Of a DNA stretch of 64,000 nucleotides, positions 12,631 through 23,590 are shown piece by piece. Each line of letters opens with the position of its first letter. Position 1 is the stretch's first letter. The translations under genes were made by a program, and so were the position numbers. The notes under the pieces are model-generated. The model was not told where the DNA came from, made no database searches, and saw nothing but the letters and a program-made list of their open reading frames with translations. Origin of the DNA: Azolla caroliniana (taxonomy: Eukaryota; Plantae; Polypodiophyta); contig JBHGNT010000017.1 of the NCBI GenBank assembly GCA_043228905.1, positions 18,600,001-18,664,000 of the forward strand. Direction: 5' to 3'.

Positions 12631-13803
12631 CCACAAGCTCAATCAAAACATAAATATTAAATGCCCTTAGAGACAAAATCAAATCCTAACACGGCGAAGA
12701 TGAACACACGAGCACCACCAAAATGCCAATCCCGACGAACCACAACCACTCGAACGGCGAGCACAAGGGCTCGCAACGACGAATGGGGCGGAGCAACGTC
12801 AAACCAACGAAGCTTGGGCTCACGAGCACTTCAAGTGCCGACGCGAAGAAGACGAGCACGTGGCGATGGGGGGATGAAGGGGTATGAGATGAAGAGAAGT
12901 GGTGAATAAGGAGATGAAGAGCTTCGAAGGAAAATTGGCGATAGTCTCCTCCTCCCCAAAACGTCCTCTCAAATGAGCCCCCCTCGACCTCCTTTTATAG
13001 GAAAAAAAAGAAAGGGGGGGGTCGTCAAATTTGTCTTCAATGAAAAAGGAATAAAATTCCTTAAATCACATTGCATTGTAAGACTAGATTCAAACTATGC
13101 ACCTACAACTAGTAGTCAATGTGACTATCCACTAGCCTACTAACTCTCTCTTGTACAATATATAATTCTATCTCTATAAATTTATAGCCTGTCTCCCCTC
13201 TACCCTTTATCTCTCCTCTCTCTTACTTTTTGCACGAGCTTCTATACCTCCTTTTTACCCTTTCTTTTCCTTTTTATTTTGCATATGCACAATTAATCGC
13301 TTTTGTGTGCACACACATTGCACATGCACATTTTTGAACCCCCCTTTCGCCGGTTTTTCCCACCCTCGAGCACGCCACATCACGACACCGTGATAGCGAA
13401 ACACCTCCCGCATGAGTAAATCGGTTGTCTCATGGCTAGTAATGGTCTTCGTGCATGGACGGAAATGCGCCATCTTCGTAAAACGATCTACTACTGTGAA
13501 AATAGAATCAAAAACCTTTGAAGGGGGAAGATCCGTAATAAAGTCCAAGGAAATAGATTTCCATGGGCTCTCAGGAATAGGTATTGGCTGTAATAAGCCA
13601 TATGGTGATGTCGAGGCTTTTTTTATCAGCAACATGTATCACAACTACGAACATAATCCGTAACAAAATGGTGAAGCCGTGGCCACCAATATCGGCGAGA
13701 AATCAACTCAAAAGTCTTGTGGATGCCAAAATGTCCAGCCATTGGTGTATCATGACATTGTTGCACGACTTTGAGTCGAGAAGGACCGTTCAACACATAC
13801 AAG

Positions 13804-15581
13804 TGTAAGAACAAAGCAAGAGATTGAATGATTGAAGGAAGGTATAAGAGAAGAGATGAAGAGAGGAGAATGGATTGATAAGAGAAGAGTGAATAGAATG
13901 AGTACAAGGATGAGTTGGATACAAGGTAGGCTTGGAGTTGAAGACTGGTCGAATTAATTTGATATGATCTATTTGTCTATTTATAGGTTTCTATAGAATA
14001 GCTTAGAGCTTTCTAGAATGTTCTAGAATGTTCTGGACCTAGAATATTCCAGGATGTTCCAAAAGATTTCTAGAATGTTCTAGAAAGTTCCAGAAGTTTC
14101 TCTAATACAATAATCACTATGAAAAGTAGCCTTTATTATTTCCCATCCTAATAGGTTACCTTAATGGTTACACTTCGAATTTCGTAATACGAAGTCTTGG
14201 GTTCAAGTCCAGGTGAAGCATAATGTTCACAGATTCATGACACTATCCCTCCTCTTAAAACAATGAGTGGAAGGAGTTGTTAACAAAGCAAGGTCGGGTT
14301 TGTTTGGATAGTGACGATGGAAGCCGTCGATAAGAGCTTGAGCATTACAAACATTATCGACAAGTTCCCATGTGCGATCACTCGGGGTATACCCTAGCCA
14401 ATCAACTAGATAATACAACTTATTGCGCACAATCTTAGAATCGAGAATGGAGGCTACCTCGTACTATGGGCCATCAGCAAGTTGGAGAGGAGGAGGTGGC
14501 GGCACGACACGATTCAGAATCGACCTAGTGTGGCACGGTTCCAAAAGAGAGCTGTGAAAAAGACTGGATGAACCCGCAAATTTGCAGGAAGATCAAGACG
14601 GAATGTTGCATCATTATCCGCTCCATGATGACAAAAGGACTCAAGCGTTTATAATCTAGCTTATCACATGGTCGAGTAGTCTTTATGTTCAACGGCGTAA
14701 CAATCATACCCGATCACCAATCGTGAATGGAGACGGAAGACGATGTTGATCTATGTGGGCCTTATGTTGGGCTTGAGCTTTCTGAAGATGTGAAGAAAAC
14801 TCAGACTGGAGGTGTTGCAGTCGGTGGAGGTGTTGCTTTGCACTAGGGCTTGTTCATCCCAAGGAATATCACTTGCAATGAGACGAAAATTGGCTACATA
14901 CGTTGATGTTGGTTGATCCCCTTGTCGTAGTGTGTGAATCCTGTTGATTTCTGTTCTTACACTATCTGTGTCTCCGAAGTAAGCCTTAAACTCTTTGATA
15001 AATTCTTCAAAGTTGTTAAGTACGGGAGAATTTGCTTCTAGCAATGGTGCAAACCATGACAATGTTGTGTCAGTCAATAATGTGCCCACTAACCCGATTC
15101 GAGATGAATCTGTCGGATCACACGTGGGATGCATCTGGATCACCAACCACACTTGATTTATAAAACCCCGAAAATGTGCTCTCGAACCATCGAATTTAGC
15201 TGGGAGGTTGATTTTGGGCTCCTTAAGAACTCCTTGAACGTCGACTTTTAGTTGTTGTAAAGCAACTGCTGCTTACTCTAATTGTTGAACCCTTCATGTA
15301 AACTCGTTGTGTATTTGTTGCTTCTCTACAGAAACATTATGTAGATCTTCAAGCAATCGTTGATTCTCTAGCTCTAGTGATGCAAACTTGCTTTTGAGAT
15401 TCTCCATTTCTGCAACAAGGGCGAGGTATTCTTGTGGGTTGCTAGCAGCCATGGGTACTGACTAGTGTTTGTGGAAGAGGATAAAGGAGAAGAAGTTCGA
15501 ATCAAACTGTCAGAACAAAGCAAGAGATTGAACAATTGAAGGAAGGTATAAGAGAATAGAAGAAAAGAGGAGAATGGATTA
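13804..15581 (-). mobile_element. Internally deleted Tcn1-like element B (gag 5' part fused to IN/chromodomain 3' part)
   Basis: 3' LTR 13804-14242 with PPT; 5' LTR remnant 15508-15581; ACAAG at 13799-13803 and 15582-15586; host integrase frame rejoins across it. Confidence 0.8.
14011..14100. promoter_or_regulatory. Heat-shock element arrays in LTR U3
   Basis: TTCtaGAAtgTTCtaGAAtgTTC (14011-14033) and TTCtaGAAtgTTCtaGAAagTTCcaGAAgtTTC (14068-14100), upstream of the minus-strand TATA near 13977. Confidence 0.7.
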
Positions 15582-15586
15582 ACAAG

Positions 15587-18500
15587 AGAGTTTGCCGAAA
15601 AAGTAAACCATCATGCCAACTAACTGGGTGTAGTCTAGCTGGAAGCATGATTTGGGATAACATGGTTCAAAATCTCTTGGGCGAATCAATCAGACGCAAT
15701 ATGCTCCCGAATGGAATCAAGAAGCCTTGAATCTCCTGGTGTGTTGATAGTACTCATTGTCATTAGTCGTAGACGATCAGGACCTAAGAGGATTTGCTTC
15801 TGACTTTCAAATGTGGCCTCTCCTGGTTGAAGTTCCATATACGAATGTCGAGATAAAGCATCGGCTTTTCCTTGTTGCATCCCAGGGAGATATAGAATTA
15901 CGAAATCAAAACGAGTTAAGAATTGCGCCCAACGAGCTTGTCGACGATTCAAGACTCAAGCACTTTGGAAGTATGTTAGATTTTTGTGATCATTGTAGAC
16001 AATAATATGTTGAGAAGAACCCTCCAAAAAATGACACAATTGTTGAAAAGAATCCACAATGGCAAGAAGCTCTTTGTCATGAATCTCATAGTTGATTTCT
16101 ACGGCTTCAAATTTCCATGAGTGAAAAACCATAGGGTGCAGTTCGCCATCGTCGCTAATCTGGGATAGTACGCTTCCAAGTGCAAAGTCAGATGCATCAG
16201 CTTAAAGTATAAAGTGCCTCATTGGATCGACATGCATTAAAATTGGTGTAGATGTAAACGCATGCTTTAAACCCTCAAATGCAGAGTTCGCCTCTGTACT
16301 CCATACAAATGATTGATTCTTTTGCGTTAGTTGAGTGAGTGACAATACAATCTTTGAATAATCTTTGATGAACTTGCGATAAAAGTTTGCAAACCCCAAA
16401 AAACATTGTACATCTCGCACAAACTATGGTGTTTGCCAATCCAAAATTGTTTGCACCTTTGATGGATCCATGGAGATGCCATTTGAAGAGACTATGTACC
16501 CCAAAAATTCCACTTGACAATGGTCGAAACTATGCTTCTCCAATTTTGCATAGAGACCATACTCTCGCAACCATTGCAAAACTTAGCGAACGTGTATCTC
16601 ATGCTCCTCTTGAGTTTTTTAGTAGATCAAGATATCATCCAGGTAAACTATGATGAGATATCGAGGAAGTCCCGAAAAATGTCATTCGCCATATGTTGGA
16701 AAAATGTTGGTGCATTCATGAGTCCAAATGGCATCACTGTATACTCAAAATGACCATAGTGAGTGGGGAAAGCAGTCTTCCATTCATCCCCAGGACGAAT
16801 TCGAACAAGGGAGCATATCGATTTCGAATAGTCACTTTATTCAAGCCTCGATAATCCATGACCATACAAAGTGTACCATCTTTCTTCTTAACGAAAAAGA
16901 TGGGTGCACCAACAAGAGATCTTGAATGTTGGATAAAACCATTTTCTAGGTTCTCATCGATATATTCTCGAAGAACCTCTAACTCTATGGGCGAAAGGTT
17001 ATAAATTGGCCCCCATAGAGGCTCTTTTCTTGGCTGCAAATCAATCGGGCAATGATAAGGTCGATGCTCTGGTAGTCAATTAGCCTTCACCTTATCAAAC
17101 ACATCAGAGAATTCTATATACTTCTTTGGTAGTTGGACCCCCAACTCTTGTGAGTTAGATGGAGTTGTTAAAACCGCGAACACAAACATGTCTTCTTTCC
17201 TTCCATCCTCACGTAACTAATGTATAAAGATTGTTGAAATCGTGTGGAATTCTAGATCCTTTGTTGGAGTTTCAAGAGACTCGGATTGTACCGTGACCTT
17301 TTCAATAGCTTTTTTTCTCCAATCAATAGTTGGGTTATGTAACTCAAACCAAGGAAGACCAAGAACTAGGGAGTGCTCTAGACTACTAATAATGTTGAAT
17401 GAGATGACACTGGCCTAATTACCTAGGACTACAAGAATTGGTTCGGACTCTTTGACTATATCACCTAATGCTATAGGGCGACCATTGATGACTCCTACAA
17501 CTACTGGGTTCGGGAGCTTATTCAAGAGGATGTTTTGGGTCAATGCAAACTCACTATCCATGAAACAAGAATTGGCTCTGGAATCTAGGAGGGTAGAGGC
17601 TAGGACTCGATGACCTATAGATGTGCTAAGCTCCACTTGTGTAGAAAAAACTTTACTAACTAGATTTGATGAAATGGAACCACAACTAGGTACTGATTCT
17701 ACATATCTAGGATGGTCCAACCAAATGGATCCTATTTTGGCCGGACTTATTCGTTTAACACATCCTCTAATTGGCTCAAGACATCAAATCGATTCTCATG
17801 GCATGAGGTATTAGGCTTACTTAAGTTATTAGAAGTGATAGTAGAACTCAAGGTAGGGTTTTCATGTGCATTTACTTGGTATACTTGGCGTCTGGGTTTA
17901 TGTGGACAATTCACGACTATATCTCTTGGACCACCACAATATAGGCATAGGCGGTGCGCTCGACGTCGTTGTTTCTCAGCATTTGACAAGGGCCCTCGAC
18001 GTTGTGTTGACTCTATTTCCATAGGAGTGGGACCATCCCTCGTAACGGGTCTAGGAACTTTTGGCGGCGTTGCGACAATTGAAGCGTACGTCTGTTCCGG
18101 TTGGCGGCATAATATTTTTTTTGGTTTACAACGTCTCTCAAATAGGCGATTATCACACCTCACAGCTCAACTAATTGCCTCTATAAGAGACTTCAGATCT
18201 TCGTGGAAAGTAAGAAGAAGATCTTTGACATCGTTACGCAAACTCTGACGGAATTGATCCATTAAGGCTGCCTCATCCCAAGAGATGGAAATCTGTTGCG
18301 TAAGCTGAAGCGGGACGATCTCCTTGTCAGAGTCTTCGAATCTTGTTTATTGTCATCCTAGTGTTATTGGTGTCTCCAGAACTAGCTTGAAACTCCTTAA
18401 CGAATGCTTTGAAATCCTCCAACAACGGTGATTTCTTCTCAAGAAGTGGTGCAAACCATGCTAATGATGTACCGCTTAGCAAGGTTCCTACTAATCCCAC

Positions 18501-18800
18501 ACGAGCAACATCAGTTGGGTACTGATTGGGATGTAATTGAATCACCAAACAAACTTGATTCAGGAAACCTCGAAACAGAGATCTTGTACCATCAAACTTG
18601 GCAGGGAGGTTAACCTTTGGTTCCTTGGGGAGTTTTGAACCCCTGCCGCTTGTTCTCGTAATGCTAATATAGTAGCCTCGAGTTGATCAACCCGTTGTGA
18701 TAACTCCTCATATTGGTGAGCTTTCTCAGTATTGACGTGTTATAGATCCCCGAGTAGCCTTTGATTTTCTTGCTCTAATGCCACAAACTTAGTCGTAAGC
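15587..18800 (-). pseudogene. gag-PR-RT-RH of element A, heavily degenerate
   Basis: [55 protein letters not shown] in fragmented ORFs. Confidence 0.85.
17707..17759 (-). promoter_or_regulatory. Putative -1 frameshift signal (G UUA AAC plus H-type pseudoknot), element A
   Basis: Heptamer 17753-17759, 6-nt spacer, 11-bp stem, loop UAGGAU complementary to downstream AUCCUA; protease lies in the -1 frame. Confidence 0.75.
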
Positions 18801-18954
18801 ATGTCGAGCTCAGAAAGGACACGCATATATTCTTGCTTGCTGACGAACTCCATAATTGAGAGGGAAAAAGAAAGAAGGAAAAAGAAGAAAGCTTGCTAGG
18901 GTTATTGGAAGAGGGAAAAGAAAGAATTCGGTTCAAACTGTCATGACTCGTGAG

Positions 18955-21900
18955 TAGGAGATAGATAGATAGATAGATTATATTATCGTCTTCGGAGGTC
19001 AATTATGACCTATGAGACCAAAAATATTACATTTCACGTGATACGTGTGAAAGTGAGTAGTGACTCTCGATGTTCAAGAACTTTTCCAATGAATGTTGCA
19101 ATCGAGAGGGCACATTGTGGTTGTGAGAGGAATTCATGCAAAGATTGGGCTCGTTCGAAGAGATGTGGAAAGCATGGTCGAATATGATCAAAGGTAGAGC
19201 ATTGTATCAAAGTGTGATACTCAGACTCACGAACTTGTTTAGGTCAAAGTGTGCATAGCCGACCACTCTCATCACTTGTGCCCCAACGCCATGTTTCACA
19301 TCACAATGCATGTGAGCTAAGTCACATGGAAGCAATGGTTCGAATGGCAGATAACAGTATGGGCTCTAACATGTATCGATGTGCACAATTTCCCCATTCC
19401 GCAAAGAATATGGTTTTGTAGTTAGGTGCAACATCTGTAGTATAATGTATGAAGCGCGAGCCTCCACATTTGTCCCATGTCATGATACATTGGCATTGCA
19501 AAAAGGCCTCATTTATAGAGGAATCTAATGATGTATCATGAAGCAAGTGCCTCGCATCCCATCTACCAAACCATTTTTCTATATCTTGCATCCAACCAGA
19601 ACACAAAATTTTTCTTTTATGCGTCTTTTGGATCTTTTTGCTTGCTTCCCACGCAATTCTAGGAAGTCGATGTGAGGGACTTTTTTGAACCTTAAGCATG
19701 TATTCAACAACCCTTTCCATGGCCATGATCTCAATGGGAAGCAATCCCGTCTCAAGGAGGAGGAGGGTGTAGGGCGTTTGTTTCTTAACTTGTAGAAACT
19801 TTATAAGAAAATGTTTTCAAACATTTTCAAACTCTTTCCACATAGATTTAGGGATGCTACCGCCCCGTACTTCCACCCCATAGAGAAGAATTGGTGTCAC
19901 CAAAATGTCGAAAAGATATTTCTTGAGGACCCAACACTTAATATCTCCAAGATTGCATAGTGTAGCACATTCATTCCATCTATGATTTGAAGCAACTTCA
20001 AGGCCAAGATATTTGAATCTTTCCACACATTCAAGTGGCTCATTGTTGTACATAATGCATGGTTTATCTCTTTTTTGGCTCTTCACAAGCATAATCTTTG
20101 TTTTAGAGCTATTGACACTTAATTTAGTATGCATGCAAAAAAATCCAATGCCTTCATAAGCTTTTGTGCATCTCCTAAAGTATTTGCAAAAAACACTACA
20201 TCATCTGCATATAACAAAAGCATAATCACAACATTCCCAATGGCAACTTCTTCAACACAATCTTCCTTTGCAAACTTGGTAACCATTTCTTCCAATTCAT
20301 CAATGCATAGACCAAATAGTGTTGGTGAGAGTGGGCATCCTTGGTTAACACCAATAGTGCTTTTGAAAAAATCTGAAAGTTTATCTCTCATGCGCACACA
20401 ACATATAACCTTCTCATAAATTCGGGAAATTGCAAGCATATATTCACTTGGCACCTCAAGTTCTTCCATTCGTCTCCAAAGATGCTCACGAGCTACCATA
20501 TCAAAAGCTTTCTTGAATTCTACAAAGCAACAATATAAACCTTTACCTCTAAGGTGACTTTCCTCCATTAATACTCGAAGGGTGATAAGGTGATCAATGG
20601 TGTTATGGTGTTTCCAAAAGCCAGCTTGTCCATAAGCTCTCTTACCATTATTTTCAGCCCATACAGTTATCTTTGATTCCATTATACATCCAAATAGTTT
20701 TGCCATTAATGAGCCAACCATGATGGTTCGATAGTTGTTTACATTATTTATATCTCCACCTTTATGTAAAGGTTTGATCCAATTTGTAGTCCAATCGTAC
20801 GGCATACCATGTTGTAATGCATCATTAAACATATCTCTTATCCATATATGTGCTTCCTTTCCCGTCCATTTGAGCATTTAAACCTTTATACATTGAAGAT
20901 CGCTTGTCTTTCGAGAGGCCAATTTGTTAAGTCCTATGCATATATCTTCAATTGTAAAGAAGGGAGGCATATGTGAAAGAGAACTATAACACATCATCTT
21001 TCCGACAAGAGATAACTCATATAAATTCTTACAATGCATAGACAAGTCGTGAAGAGTTAAGTCACCATAACTATCAACACGTTTCCCCTTTAGATTTCCC
21101 CAAATTTTAGCACATGCATGTGCTTTCTCTTGCGTTTGGATAAATTGTTGAGTAACTTCCCATATTCTTCTCTTTCTTTGAATAAGCCTTTTATACTCAT
21201 GCAAATGCTTTTGGTAATTCTCTTTATCCTTAACTACATCCAAAACCACAAGGCACTTTTGAGTTTCACGACATTCTTTATCAAACCATTTTTTCCTATA
21301 AGGCACTTTTGAGTTTCACGACATTCTTTATCAAACCATTTTTTCCTAAGTTTCTTGGTGCATTTCCAAGATGTGCGGTTGGTCGAAAAACATTTGTTTG
21401 TATAGGAGAGAATGACTTTCTTGAAAGCTTCCCATTTGCATTCTAGTGTGGCACCATGTTGTATCTTTGTCATTTGTAACATATCCTCAACCATCTTGGA
21501 ATACATGGGTGCTCGCTTAAGGTTCATGCTCAAGTGTGGTTGTTTATTATCTTCAGTAGCCTTCTCACAATCAAACCTATGCATACATTTGAGATCAATA
21601 CATAAAGGCCTATGATCGGATTCCGGTGTCCATTCACCAAGTGAGAATTTATGTATACGATCCAAAATACCTTTGGAAAGTAGCACATGGTCAATCACAC
21701 TATTTCCATTGTGTTTTCTACATGTAAAACCATTAGTGTTGGGCCATAAGGAAATACCATTTGCAATAAGCAATCCGGTACTATTGCACATTTGTAGGAG
21801 TAACTTCCCAAATTGGTCCGGATCTTTTTCATCGCTAGAAGAGCGGCTATACATTTGCATATCCTCCTGCATCCTTGAGATATGTGGCATGAAAGATTCT

Positions 21901-23551
21901 TGGGAATCAAGTTGGAAACTTCTTGTACGAGCATTCATGTCACCAAAGACAATAACTTCCCCTTTGGATTTGAAATAAGCAATATCATCTGCTAGATTGG
22001 CAAACGGTTGATCTTTATCCAAACAAGCATAAAAGTTAGAATCTTGATGAGGAATGTAACATCCAACTACAAAAGTGGGCAAATCATTAGGTGTTTCAAT
22101 TTTGAGCCATATGTAGCATTTATGTTCATCATTTTTTATGATTGACACATATTTCTCTATTTCCTTCTTAATCAAACATGCCACCCCTCCTTGTCCTCTT
22201 CTTTGTCTTGGATTTTTCTTTCATATCAAAGAGTGTACATTATAGTTTCCTAAACCTTGATTCCTTTGAGTATCATGCTCCCATGTTTCAACAAGAAGTG
22301 TGATATCCGAGTCATCGGTGAACTCCTCTATGCCAAATCCCGCATTCCATGGGTATCCATTGCCATTCCAAAAGCATAGTCGTAAAAGGAGTGGGTTAGT
22401 CTCATAGATCACGTGTCCCTATTTGCCTACATTTCCATCTTTAGGCACATCCTTAACCTTATTTTTCAATCTTTCTTGATATGCTTTACAGTGAGCATTT
22501 TGTTGTGAGATAGTATGATCTTCACTCACAAAGCATTGCGTACCTTTGAGGTATACCCAACTATTTTCGAGTATGATCCATCGCTTTGTATCATCTGTCA
22601 TTGTGCATACAATAGGCCTTTCTCCCAAGCGAGTAACACCATGTTTCCCAACTCGGTATGCCCCATATACATTCACATTTAACATCCCATAATGCATGCT
22701 AAAAAATTCACCAATGGCCTTTCCAAGGGATGCGGGTGTTTCCATACTCTCTTCTTTAATCCCACGGACGACAATGTTCTTTGATCGTCATTCACGTTCT
22801 TTCAATTCTCAGACATCTATGCTTTCTATATTCTTCTCTTGATGCATCACATGCATATTAGATGAGTTTGATAGCACATCCCCACCACATACATCATCCC
22901 ATAACTTCGTTGTACATACATTTTTCATCTCACTTACATCCTGCCTCATCGTGTCCAATTTTTTTTCTTTTAATGCTTCCTTTAACTCAATCTTGTTAAG
23001 GCGCTCATTTGTTTCGAAACAAGCTCTTTTACATTCTTGAATCTCTTCTTGAAGTTTTGCAGCCACTTGTTTAAGACTTTCATTCTCAATGACAACACTT
23101 TGGAGCTTAGCATTCTCTTTCATTAACGTCCTAATCTCTTCACCTTGCTTGTTTATGGTTTCTTGAAGAGAAATCAAGTGACTCATAAGAATTTTGTCCA
23201 TTGCATTGGAATCGAGATTTGTTGGTGATCTCGACTCATTATCAATCATACCCCCGAACTTTGCGTCGGCTTTACGAGTATTTTTCATTGTAGGGACAAA
23301 CCCTACGGGAAGAGAGAGACACAGAGGGAAGGAAAGAGAATGTACCTTTCACTCTATTTACGGCTTCAAAATCTACCTTGCATTTGAGGAACCGTGGGGC
23401 AAAGATGGTTGCGGATGAAAATGCTCATAACTTCTCGCCACACTAACGGAATTCAGTAAATGAACATTCTTTAGAAAGCTCTCTGAAAGAGCTTTCCAAC
23501 GAGCTATAGAACGTAGAAAACGATGGCCGGAGTGAACTTACAAAGAGCTTT

Positions 23552-23552
<1 letters not shown>
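18955..23552 (-). mobile_element. Near full-length RTE/RTEX-like LINE with ORF1 and ORF2 (APE-RT), inserted at the (GA)n tract of an LTR
   Basis: Coiled-coil ORF1 23288-22419; APE motifs CFWNGNG, LVETWE, FGDMNAR, SDH; RT motifs QGCPLSP and LLYADD; C-terminal Cys/His region; (TATC)n 3' tail near 18960-18978. Confidence 0.8.

Positions 23553-23590
<38 letters not shown>

Larger units (their letters stand above)
4817..13387 (-). mobile_element. Non-chromovirus Ty3/gypsy element D with long repeat-containing LTRs, inserted in the integrase of element A
   Basis: LTRs ~4817-6050 (left end deleted) and ~11977-13387; PPT at 6051-6062; gag-PR and RT-RH-IN ORFs. Confidence 0.9.

Noticed and set aside
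13940-13960. Self-primer match for element B
   Set aside because: Only TTCGA of the expected 11-mer remains, possibly after a small deletion; insufficient on its own.
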